Origin: an uncultured Alphaproteobacteria bacterium
GTDB lineage: Bacteria > Pseudomonadota > Alphaproteobacteria > Bin95
Assembly: GCA_938083135.1 (NCBI GenBank)
Contig: CALLKY010000030.1
Coordinates: 8,432-72,431 of the forward strand
Length of the DNA: 64,000 bases
Reading direction: 5' to 3'
The notes under the pieces are model-generated. The model did not search any database. It saw only the letters and a list, made by a program, of their open reading frames with translations, and had not been told where the DNA came from. Position numbers and translations under genes: made by a program. Every line of letters starts with the position of its first letter. Position 1 is the stretch's first letter. Positions 27,518 through 36,353 of this stretch are shown piece after piece.

Positions 27518-29998
27518 ATGCAAGGTCTAAGAATCAGGCTCCTGCTGATTGCCGCGGTCGCAGGGATGATCTTCACAGTGCCGCAAGCGCGCGCGCAAAT
27601 TCTGCGAAGTGATGCCGTTGAGCAAAGGAATAGCAACGCAGCTGCCGGGTATACCCGGGCCCAACTGCGCCTCTACATCGAACGCCTAAAGCGCATCAAA
27701 CGAGCGATTGGCGACACATCCCCGATTGATGCTGGCCAGTTCGTAGACCTACCGCGCCCGCGCGATATTTTGCTTGAAGTACGCCCCCCTGAAACGAAGC
27801 GCAAGCTATCGCCGTTGCAGGGTGGTGGTCAGTTCGTTTTGGGCAGTCTTGCGGCAAAGCTCACCGTGACAGATTTCGTCGCGATCGACCGGCTGAACCG
27901 GCTGGTGGGTGCGAACCAGACCTATATTGCCAATGGTCGACGCGCCGCAATTCTACTGGATCTGCCAACAAAACTGCAATTGACGGTGAGTGGGGTGGCC
28001 CAGCAGGTAACGCCTGAACCCTGCACTTTTTCGCGGATCGAAAACGGTTTGCGCAAAACAAAGCGGGGGCGGAGGGATGTGATTGGGCCGAAACAGATAT
28101 TCACATACCTGCCGGGCGAACTTGCCAATGCCGCTACGATCACAAGTGGGAATGGCATCACGCTGACGGACGATGGGTTTTACGTGGGCCAGGCCGTGAC
28201 GGGCCAAGTTGAGTCCGTAGTCACGGTTGCTGGTGGGTCAGTGTTGAATCGAACGCTGCGCCGGGGCTGCACAGAGCAGCTACCAGAGCGCCAGGATTTC
28301 AAGCGCGAGTTTAAGCTAGGCGGGATCGCGCTGGCCCATGTCTCCCTCGCTGGATTGCCGCGTAAAGATGGAGCGCTGGGGGTTGCGCAGGATAACGCTA
28401 CTGATTTCTTTGTACGGCGTGGTGGTAGCCAAACGCCTGCTCTTGAGCTTGCCCCGCAAATGGAGGCGACGCTTGGCGAGAGCAGCGTGATCATGCCAAT
28501 CCCGCGCAGTAAGTTTCGCGTCGTCAGCACGACAGGAGGCTATACCAGCACCAGAAACTCTGCCGGGTTCATCGTCACCTCGCCTGCAACAGCCGCTACT
28601 GGGGCCATCACCATCCAGACAATTGATGGTGAGTTGCCTGCGGCTGTGCACCGTCTGACCACGAATGAGATGTTTCCTCTGGCGCTCAGCACAAAGCGTG
28701 TGCGGGTGGGGGAGCAGGTTAGTGCTGCAGTCGCAATCGTTGGCGATGCTGATATGAGCCAGTACGTCGCCATCTGGGAGGCGGGCGGCCTTGCGCCCAA
28801 AACAATCGAAACCGGGTTCGAGAAGTCTGGCGCTGGATGGGCAAGCGTTGCGGAATTCACAGCGGAAAGCGGCATCCTGCAGGAGTTCAAGGATGCGCTG
28901 CAGTTGGCTAAGGACACCCGCCAGAGTGATGATCCAGAACCTGCGCCCGGCGTGGGTCTGGCAAAGAAACGCGCCAATATCCTGGTAAAGGTTGTACGCA
29001 AGAGCGACCGGAAATCGATGATCGGGACCAGCGGAACTGTTGAGGTTGTGCCGGAGATTACAGCCGTACGGATCACAGGTGGATATACCGGCGAGCGCTT
29101 TGGCAAGACCGTAGACTTGTTCAACCCGCCTGGCGAAGTGCCAGCGGCTTCGTTCAGGGCGGAAATTGATATTGCTGCTGGGGCCGAGAAGCTGACTTTT
29201 ACCAGTCAGGATGCCCGGATTGGGCGCTTGGTTCGCCTGCAGGCAACGCGGGGGGCACCCTTTACGATACGGGACCGGACGGTCGCTATCGCTAATCCAT
29301 CTGGCGCACCAATCGGTGCGGCGGCTGTCCGCGGCGTCATCCGCCTTGCAGATGCGTTGGGCATTGCGGGATTGGTCCTTCCAGAAGGGCAAGACACGCT
29401 GTTCAGTGACCCGGTTCGGGTGACAGTAAACCGCCTGACCCAAGCGCATTTTGTGACGCCTGGCGGTAAGCGTGAACTCACTGTCGGCGTGTTGGGCCCG
29501 GCGGACATGGGGCGCTACCAAGCTGTTTGGGCGCTGACCGGCAGTCAGGAAACCTCGAAGCCATTTAGCCAGGATAAAGGCGGGTTTATCGCCAAGCACA
29601 CGATTTCTGATTTCCGCTTGGTTCCCTCAGTGACAGACGTTCGGCTGGGAGGTGTCGTTGTTGGCCGCATGGGTGGTGCTGCCGGCGGTGCTGAGCGTGA
29701 CGCCAACGTAGCGGCAATTGTGGCGCTGGAGGCACCGGCGTTAATCCAGGGTAAACCGCTGAAAGTCCGGGCCCGGCTCGCCAATGTACCAAAGCCGCTT
29801 TGGCCAAGGCTGTATTGCGCGTGGTCGGTGGACAGCATTTACGGAAAGTTGGCAGAGCCTGAGTCTGCGGCACTGATGAACTCGACGTTCAATGGGGTGT
29901 GCGAGAATACGTTCACCCTGCGCGAAACCCTCGCGACGATTGATGAAACGCCGAATTTGGAGGTGGAGCTGCGCATCCGCCAGGGAACGCTAAAATGA
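27518..29998 (+). CDS. Secreted hypothetical protein (about 826 aa) with an internal repeated domain.
   Basis: ATG 27518 with a GGCGGGAG RBS. Signal peptide LRIRLLLIAAVAGMIFTVPQARA-Q. The two repeats are VAIVGDADMSQYVAIWEAGG... and VGVLGPADMGRYQAVWALTG.... Confidence 0.6.
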   Translation: MQGLRIRLLLIAAVAGMIFTVPQARAQILRSDAVEQRNSNAAAGYTRAQLRLYIERLKRIKRAIGDTSPIDAGQFVDLPRPRDILLEVRPPETKRKLSPLQGGGQFVLGSLAAKLTVTDFVAIDRLNRLVGANQTYIANGRRAAILLDLPTKLQLTVSGVAQQVTPEPCTFSRIENGLRKTKRGRRDVIGPKQIFTYLPGELANAATITSGNGITLTDDGFYVGQAVTGQVESVVTVAGGSVLNRTLRRGCTEQLPERQDFKREFKLGGIALAHVSLAGLPRKDGALGVAQDNATDFFVRRGGSQTPALELAPQMEATLGESSVIMPIPRSKFRVVSTTGGYTSTRNSAGFIVTSPATAATGAITIQTIDGELPAAVHRLTTNEMFPLALSTKRVRVGEQVSAAVAIVGDADMSQYVAIWEAGGLAPKTIETGFEKSGAGWASVAEFTAESGILQEFKDALQLAKDTRQSDDPEPAPGVGLAKKRANILVKVVRKSDRKSMIGTSGTVEVVPEITAVRITGGYTGERFGKTVDLFNPPGEVPAASFRAEIDIAAGAEKLTFTSQDARIGRLVRLQATRGAPFTIRDRTVAIANPSGAPIGAAAVRGVIRLADALGIAGLVLPEGQDTLFSDPVRVTVNRLTQAHFVTPGGKRELTVGVLGPADMGRYQAVWALTGSQETSKPFSQDKGGFIAKHTISDFRLVPSVTDVRLGGVVVGRMGGAAGGAERDANVAAIVALEAPALIQGKPLKVRARLANVPKPLWPRLYCAWSVDSIYGKLAEPESAALMNSTFNGVCENTFTLRETLATIDETPNLEVELRIRQGTLK

Positions 29999-30765
29999 GG
30001 CGTGCGCTTGGAATTTTTGCCATCGCTGCATTGGCCTATGCGGCACCTGTTGCGGCTGACATCACCATTGGCCGAGATATTCTGCGATCCGGCGATGTCT
30101 CGCCCTCCAGCAAGCTTTTTGAATTGCTGCTGAAGAGTGAGGACGCACGCAACCAACTTCAGATCCAAAATGAAAAGCGGGCAGCGCTTAAGAACAAACG
30201 TTTCAAGCGCGTGGTGAAGAAGGTCCAGGTTAAGGACGTTATTAAGCGGGCCGGCAACAACCCGCTGAACCAACAGCAGCCGCTGAACAACACCACACTT
30301 GCCAATGGCGAAACGGTTCTGGTCGCGGCAGATGACTTGAACCAAGGCGGCGCTGGCGGCGGGGCCGGGCTGGCAGCATGTATTGGCCAGCAGGTTTTTG
30401 CAGCACCGAGCCCAACAGCACCGCCAGAGATCGTGTTCGTCAATGTCCGCGTTGATCCAGCGACACTTGATTGCAGTGTGGCGGGTGGTCAAAGCGCTGA
30501 CGGGGACTTCTTGATCTTCCAATTCGGCACGAATGGCGGCGTTGTTGATGCGATCCTCGTATTCGCGGACGTGCTCCAGCCAGATTGGATACTGATCAGC
30601 CCACCCAACCGGTTCCTGCAGTTTGTAGCGCCCAATACAACACTGACACTGACCTTCGAGAACCGGTCCGCTGACAACAGCGTCACCATCAGAACGACAG
30701 TGCTGGTGCAAACGGGTGGCCTGACAACAACAAGCATCACGATCCTGAATATGGAGGTGCTCTGA
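29995..30765 (+). CDS. Secreted hypothetical protein (256 aa).
   Basis: Signal peptide MRRALGIFAIAALAYAAPVAA-D. The start ATG overlaps the upstream stop (ATGA). Confidence 0.55.
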   Translation: MRRALGIFAIAALAYAAPVAADITIGRDILRSGDVSPSSKLFELLLKSEDARNQLQIQNEKRAALKNKRFKRVVKKVQVKDVIKRAGNNPLNQQQPLNNTTLANGETVLVAADDLNQGGAGGGAGLAACIGQQVFAAPSPTAPPEIVFVNVRVDPATLDCSVAGGQSADGDFLIFQFGTNGGVVDAILVFADVLQPDWILISPPNRFLQFVAPNTTLTLTFENRSADNSVTIRTTVLVQTGGLTTTSITILNMEVL

Positions 30766-31274
30766 TGATTGCGCGCAGTTCTCTGTTCATTTTGGTGGCG
30801 TTAACTGTCGCCATCATTGCCTCTACTGCAGACGCACAGAAGGTCCGCATCTTCAAGAAGATCGCTGCCCCAGAAACACCCCCAACCGGTACGGAATTGA
30901 TTGAGGAGATGCTGCCCCCTGATCCCGGGGTGGCGGGACGGGCAATCACTGATGCGCTGGAAAATTGGAACAGCGGAGACTTCAGCGGCAACATCTCAGA
31001 GGACTTCCAGGACAAATCCCGCCTGCTGGATAACTTCGCGAATGATGTGCCGCTTGACGCCGAACTTCGCGTTACGGCCATGCGGAATTATCGCCCTATG
31101 CAGCAGTTCGGGCGTGTCGGCGACAGTGGCAATGTCGAAATCACGACGCGGATCCAAGTGACCGCAGAGACCGAAATTCAATTCAATGACCCGCAGCGCG
31201 GCTTCAGGCGACTGCTGGGAACCAATGATTTCGTCGTCGATGTGACGGAAGAATTGGTTCCGATTCCGAACTAG
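30765..31274 (+). CDS. Secreted hypothetical protein (169 aa).
   Basis: Signal peptide MIARSSLFILVALTVAIIASTADA-Q. The start overlaps the upstream stop (TGATG). Confidence 0.5.
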   Translation: MIARSSLFILVALTVAIIASTADAQKVRIFKKIAAPETPPTGTELIEEMLPPDPGVAGRAITDALENWNSGDFSGNISEDFQDKSRLLDNFANDVPLDAELRVTAMRNYRPMQQFGRVGDSGNVEITTRIQVTAETEIQFNDPQRGFRRLLGTNDFVVDVTEELVPIPN

Positions 31275-31284
31275 GACAGGCGCT

Positions 31285-33519
31285 GTGCTGAACAAACGTA
31301 TCCTCAGTGCCGCTGTATCGGCGAGCGCTCTCCTGCTTGGATCTAGCGGCATTGCTTTGGCCCAGGACGCCACCGATGAACCGTTCATGGGCGCATGGCG
31401 GGTTGATGGAACGCTCACTACGAAGTTTGAGAACTATTCCGTCGGCGGCAATGACGCGAACTCGCCCTTTAAGGACACAGGAGAGCAATTTCACATCGAG
31501 TTCGATATCCGGGCTGAACAAGATATCTCAGCATTCGAGACTGTGCGGATGAGTGCGGCAGGCGTGGCTATTAACGAGTCCGCCTATCGTGCGCCACAGC
31601 GAGGTTTCATCTTGGAGCGGGCCGGGTTCGAATGGGAGAAAGGCGACGCAACGGTTCCATTCGTAGTCGAGGGCGGCAACACATTCGCTTTCTTCTCGCA
31701 GCAAACGGTGCAGCGGAACCTCGTTGGTGCCCATGTGGAACTGCAGCCGCAAATTGTTGGTCAGGACCAGGGCCTATCAGTCATCGCGTTCGCGGGGGAA
31801 AGTGCGAAGAACCATCGGGCCATCGATTTTGGCGATGACGTGTTCACAGGTTTGTCTGCATTGTTCTTCGATCCGGAATATGGGTCTTTCAGCCTCAATG
31901 GAATCGCGAATTTCCGGGATGAGCAAGCGGGCCTTCGTCGGCGCGACCAGAATGTCGTGACAGCAGCGTGGGCACATACATTGCTGCCAAGTGATGGCCA
32001 TAGCCTTGATGTATATTTTGAAGCCGGTGTGTTGTCAGGCGATATTGTCAACCGGGCAGGGGCTGTCGTCGCAGAAACGGATTTTGGCGGTGCGCTGGAA
32101 TTAGATGGTCGTATCCGTGAAGGCGGTTGGAGTTATGGCGCGCGGTTTGAGCGCTTTGGCGAAGACTATGCGCCGAACGGTGCCTCTGTCACGAAAGACC
32201 GGATCACGGCGGAAGGCCGGGTCGGTAAGCGTTTCGAGGATGGCTTGTCTATACGCGGGCGGTCTCAGTTTTTCCAAGACGCAGTTGATAGCGGCAATGC
32301 TACGGATACGTTGACCTACGGCCTGGATTTTGCGGGGCCAACGAAGTTCATTGGCTTGGATAAGGGGAGCTTTTCCTGGAACAACTTCCTACAGAACGTA
32401 GAAAATGAGCTTTCGACAACAGAGCGCGATACTTATTCCAGCAACTTCAATTTCACCCATCCCCTGGACGACCTGACGACGGGCCGCATTGGTGCCCAAT
32501 ATCGCCTGATTGATGACCATGTGGGGGCGGCTGATACGGACACTGCGCAAGTGAATGTAGCGTTAGACCGACGGTTCGTGATTGATGATTGGGGCGTGGA
32601 AGGCTCAGGCTCCCTTGGCTTTACGTATCGGGAGAACGGGTCTGAAGGACAGTTGACTGCGCGCGATATGACGCCGAATGCGGGCATTAATTTCAATTGG
32701 GGCGCACATACATTTGCAGCTGACTATAGGGCACAGATTCAGAACCGGCGGCAGGGTGGTCAAGATCTTGTCAGCCATCGCGTTGGCCTGAACTGGTCTT
32801 GGAGCGACGGACCGCATCGATTTGCCTTTGATGGCAGCTTTGATGGCCGGGAGCCGCGTGGCTTGGAAGATACAAGGGCGTATAAGGTCGGCTTTACGTA
32901 CACTCTGAGCTTTAACAAGGCCGCAGGGCAGTCCTTCAGCGAAGGCCTGGGCGAAGGGCCAAACCTCGTGCCGCTAGACCCCGATGCGCCGAAGGGGGAT
33001 GTGCGCTTTACGCCAGCGTCGGACATGATGGCGTTGACGCCAGACAAGCCGATGACAGAAACGGTCCAAAGCCTTGAGGCCGGCGGGATTACTGGCGGCG
33101 TCGATATCGCTGGCGTCACGGTCTATGAGACGGCCGCACTCCTGCCGCAGATCAGCGAACGCCAGCGCTTGGCCTTGGTTTCAAAGAACGGCGGGCTTCG
33201 GACCGCTGCGCTTATCATCGATGTTGCTGAGCCCAATGATGCGGAGCGCCTTTTCACGCGGGTCGAAGGTGAGTTGGCGCGCCGGTATGGGCAGCCATCA
33301 GACTCGTTCTCTGAGGGCGACTTTACGGGTGATGTCGCGACGAAGATCGGCAATGGCGAGTTGATCCGAGCGACTGAATGGCGTGGGCCGGGCGGGCCAT
33401 TACGGTTGTTCATTCCCCGCCGCCTTGATGGGCTGGTCCGCCTGGAGATTCAACGGGCTGCCACCTTCCAGCCAATCACCGAAAACAGGGTCGGGGCCGG
33501 CGTTGATACGGTCAGGTAA
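31285..33519 (+). CDS. Secreted/outer-membrane beta-rich protein (744 aa), possibly a large beta-barrel.
   Basis: Signal peptide MLNKRILSAAVSASALLLGSSGIALA-QD. There are many alternating aromatic/Gly strand-like segments (YKVGFTYTLSF, GSLGFTYREN, GINFNWGAHTF). Confidence 0.55.
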   Translation: MLNKRILSAAVSASALLLGSSGIALAQDATDEPFMGAWRVDGTLTTKFENYSVGGNDANSPFKDTGEQFHIEFDIRAEQDISAFETVRMSAAGVAINESAYRAPQRGFILERAGFEWEKGDATVPFVVEGGNTFAFFSQQTVQRNLVGAHVELQPQIVGQDQGLSVIAFAGESAKNHRAIDFGDDVFTGLSALFFDPEYGSFSLNGIANFRDEQAGLRRRDQNVVTAAWAHTLLPSDGHSLDVYFEAGVLSGDIVNRAGAVVAETDFGGALELDGRIREGGWSYGARFERFGEDYAPNGASVTKDRITAEGRVGKRFEDGLSIRGRSQFFQDAVDSGNATDTLTYGLDFAGPTKFIGLDKGSFSWNNFLQNVENELSTTERDTYSSNFNFTHPLDDLTTGRIGAQYRLIDDHVGAADTDTAQVNVALDRRFVIDDWGVEGSGSLGFTYRENGSEGQLTARDMTPNAGINFNWGAHTFAADYRAQIQNRRQGGQDLVSHRVGLNWSWSDGPHRFAFDGSFDGREPRGLEDTRAYKVGFTYTLSFNKAAGQSFSEGLGEGPNLVPLDPDAPKGDVRFTPASDMMALTPDKPMTETVQSLEAGGITGGVDIAGVTVYETAALLPQISERQRLALVSKNGGLRTAALIIDVAEPNDAERLFTRVEGELARRYGQPSDSFSEGDFTGDVATKIGNGELIRATEWRGPGGPLRLFIPRRLDGLVRLEIQRAATFQPITENRVGAGVDTVR

Positions 33520-33937
33520 GGTGTTTGAGGGTAGCGGGTGTCCAGCGGGCGCGGCGGCGGACTTTGCGGCCCTCGGCGTCCTCAGCACCATAGTCGGCGG
33601 AGGCTGCTGGCTGGGAGAAGTCCAGCCGGTCATCGAACACATTGATGTTCAAGGTCGCATAGCCTGTGCCAGCATCATCGAAGAACGCACCCATATACGC
33701 GCCGCAACCGTTGCAGACGATGAAATCTGCGGTGCCGAGGCCGAATTGATAAGCATTCAGAGCACCCGGCTCAGCTTCAATCACGGCAGTGCCGGCAGGG
33801 TCTGTCATCGTCCTGGCACCATGCTTGCGGCAGAACGAGCAGCCGCATTCGCGCACCGGCAGATCAGCGGCGGTGGACGGACTCACAAAGGTGAGCCGTA
33901 GTTCGCCGCAATGGCAGCTGCCTTTGAATTCTGGCAT
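33512..33937 (-). CDS. GFA (glutathione-dependent formaldehyde-activating)/CENP-V-like Zn-binding protein.
   Basis: Cys-rich motifs are present: GSCHCGELRL, RECGCSFCRKHG, CNGCGAY. Confidence 0.7.
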   Translation of the reverse strand: MPEFKGSCHCGELRLTFVSPSTAADLPVRECGCSFCRKHGARTMTDPAGTAVIEAEPGALNAYQFGLGTADFIVCNGCGAYMGAFFDDAGTGYATLNINVFDDRLDFSQPAASADYGAEDAEGRKVRRRARWTPATLKHLT

Positions 33938-34090
33938 GAGGCGGCCCAACATCCGTGTCTGTTCTGTGTCGGTGGGAATCGTAATGGGCGCTTGGCCATA
34001 AAGAAAGGGCCGGAACGCATTGCTGCGTCCGGCCCTTGGATCGTGCTCAAACCTTCTGCAGCGCTAAGTAGGCTGCGGGATCGTTTGAGT

Positions 34091-34663
34091 TCAGGCTGCG
34101 GCTTCTTCGGCTTCTTCTTCTGCGCCGAGAGCACCCTTGATCGCTACGATGAACGCGCCGATCTGCTCGCCATCTGCGAGGCTCAGGAGGGAGCCGTCGA
34201 CAGTGAACCCAGCTTCAGCCATCGAAGCACCAGCGGCCTCAATCTTTTCGCGGGCTTCTTCAGCGGCGCTGATTGTCCGGCCAGAAGCGACTTCTGCGGC
34301 GGCCAGAACCAAGCCAGCGTCTTCAGTCAAAACGACAGGCTTCCCAGACTCGACCATGCCTTTAAGTACGCGGATCGCATGGGCGTTCTGCGTCAGGTTG
34401 ATGGTGGAGCGGCTGCCGCCAGGGACAAACAGCATATCGAAGCGGCTCGGCAACACGTCGCTGATTTTTTCGTCGACGAAGAAATTGTGGCCCCAGCCGC
34501 CATCATGCCAGCCGTTGGCGACGCCAACTTCTGGTGAGACGATTGTTGTTTGCGCGCCAGCGGCGACAAGCGCCTTCTGGATATCAGTCATGTGTTCTTC
34601 ATTAAAACCAGACGCGACCATGATCGCGATGCTTTTGCCAGACAGCGGCTTACTTCCATGCAT
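34091..34663 (-). CDS. DJ-1/PfpI family protein (class I glutamine amidotransferase-like fold).
   Basis: KSIAIMVASGFNEEHMTDIQKALVAAGAQTTIVSPE and FDMLFVPGG are present. Start at the internal ATG with an AAGGA RBS. Confidence 0.7.
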   Translation of the reverse strand: MHGSKPLSGKSIAIMVASGFNEEHMTDIQKALVAAGAQTTIVSPEVGVANGWHDGGWGHNFFVDEKISDVLPSRFDMLFVPGGSRSTINLTQNAHAIRVLKGMVESGKPVVLTEDAGLVLAAAEVASGRTISAAEEAREKIEAAGASMAEAGFTVDGSLLSLADGEQIGAFIVAIKGALGAEEEAEEAAA

Positions 34664-34988
34664 GCTGAATTCCTTTTTCTTTTTCTTGCGTCGCGCATAG
34701 TTGACCCAGGGGAGTGGGCCAGCGCACATGAAGCAGTCGCAAATTGGGCGAATGCGTCCGCTGTGGCGCGACGACGTTAAATTTGGCACCCCGCGGCGAA
34801 CAAACACAAAGCACGGCACGGGTCGGATCGCTCAAACGACCATATGGCGACGTGCGAAGCAGCTGCCACTTTAGGACTTTTCTGAAGAATCCGAATGATT
34901 TGATTTTAAGTGCAGCGCAGCATTTATTCAAGGCTTACGCCCTGCGGCTTCCAGCCGCTGGCGCGCCTTTATCAAGGCAATTGCAGCC

Positions 34989-36197
34989 TTATTTATCCAC
35001 AAGTCCTGCGATTCTGAGGCGCAAGGCATTCAGCTTAATGAAACCTTCCGCATCTTTCTGATCATAAACGGTGTCGGCCTCAAACGTGGCGTAATCCGCA
35101 TTATAGAGGCTGTTCGGGGATTTCCGCCCAACAACACTGGCGACACCCTTGAGCAATTTGACCCGGACGACGCCATTCACGCGCTTCTGGCTGACATCAA
35201 TCGCGGCCTGCAGCATTTCCCGCTCTGGCGAGAACCAGAAGCCATTATAGACGAGCTCCGCGTATTTCGGTGCAATCTCGTCCTTAAGGTGCATTGCACC
35301 CTTATCTAGCGTGATGGACTCAAGTCCGCGCCTGGCTGCAAACAGCACCGTGCCGCCCGGTGTTTCGTATACACCGCGCGATTTCATGCCGATGAAGCGG
35401 TTCTCCACCATATCCAACCGACCAATGCCATGGGCACCGCCAAGCGTATTCAGCGTCTCGAGCAGGGTCGCCGGGGACATACGCACATCATTGATGGCAA
35501 CGGGGTCGCCTTGCTCGAATGCGATTTCGATGTACTCGGCCTTATTCGGCGCATCTTCGGGGGCGACCGAACGGGTATACATATCCTCGTCCGCTTCGAT
35601 CCATGGGTCTTCCAGCGCTTTGCCTTCGTAGGAGATGTGCAGCAGGTTGGCATCCGTCGAATAGGGGGCCTCGCCGCGCTTGTCCTTCGCGATTGGGATT
35701 TGGCGTTCCTCAGCGTACTGCAGCAGTTTTGTGCGAGAGTTCAGATCCCATTCCCGCCAGGGCGCAATAACTTTGATGTTTGGGTTGAGCGCATAGTAGC
35801 CAAGCTCAAACCGGATCTGGTCATTGCCTTTGCCGGTGGCACCATGGGAAACGGCCTGAGCACCTGTCGCTGCAGCGATTTCAATTTGGCGTTTGGCGAT
35901 GAGCGGGCGCGCAATCGACGTGCCAAGCAAATAGACGCCTTCATAGATAGCATTCGCCCGAAACATCGGAAAAACATAGTCGCGCACAAACTCTTCGCGC
36001 AGATCGTCGATGAAAATTTCTTCCACACCCATGGATTCGGCTTTGCGGCGTGCGGGCTCTAGCTCTTCACCCTGACCAAGATCTGCTGTGAAAGTCACGA
36101 CATCAGCTTCGTAAGTCTCTCGTAGCCAATGCAAAATTACTGAAGTATCGAGGCCCCCTGAGTAAGCGAGCACGACTTTATTTACGCTGTCAGCCAT
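34989..36197 (-). CDS. argG: Argininosuccinate synthase.
   Basis: N-type ATP pyrophosphatase loop [10 protein letters not shown], plus the ...[16 protein letters not shown]... signature. Confidence 0.95.
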   Translation of the reverse strand: MADSVNKVVLAYSGGLDTSVILHWLRETYEADVVTFTADLGQGEELEPARRKAESMGVEEIFIDDLREEFVRDYVFPMFRANAIYEGVYLLGTSIARPLIAKRQIEIAAATGAQAVSHGATGKGNDQIRFELGYYALNPNIKVIAPWREWDLNSRTKLLQYAEERQIPIAKDKRGEAPYSTDANLLHISYEGKALEDPWIEADEDMYTRSVAPEDAPNKAEYIEIAFEQGDPVAINDVRMSPATLLETLNTLGGAHGIGRLDMVENRFIGMKSRGVYETPGGTVLFAARRGLESITLDKGAMHLKDEIAPKYAELVYNGFWFSPEREMLQAAIDVSQKRVNGVVRVKLLKGVASVVGRKSPNSLYNADYATFEADTVYDQKDAEGFIKLNALRLRIAGLVDK

Positions 36198-36353
36198 AGG
36201 GTTAGCCTGTCTGTTACGGTGATCTTCGATGACCAGGAGATATCATACAGTTGATCCAATTTGTACACCGTTCCGTGAAAGATAAGAAAGACTTTGATTT
36301 CTGCAGGATAGATGACGTATGCATAGTCTAATCGTTCAAGAGGGGCTGGAGCG

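Noticed and set aside
28316-29599. 427-aa antisense ORF inside the 826-aa secreted-protein gene.
   Set aside because: This is a shadow ORF of the kind expected in high-GC DNA. The product is Arg/Cys/Pro-rich and low-complexity with no motifs, while the sense strand has a signal peptide and an internal repeat.
35430-36062. 210-aa plus-strand ORF inside argG.
   Set aside because: It is antisense to a gene with near-consensus ArgG motifs.
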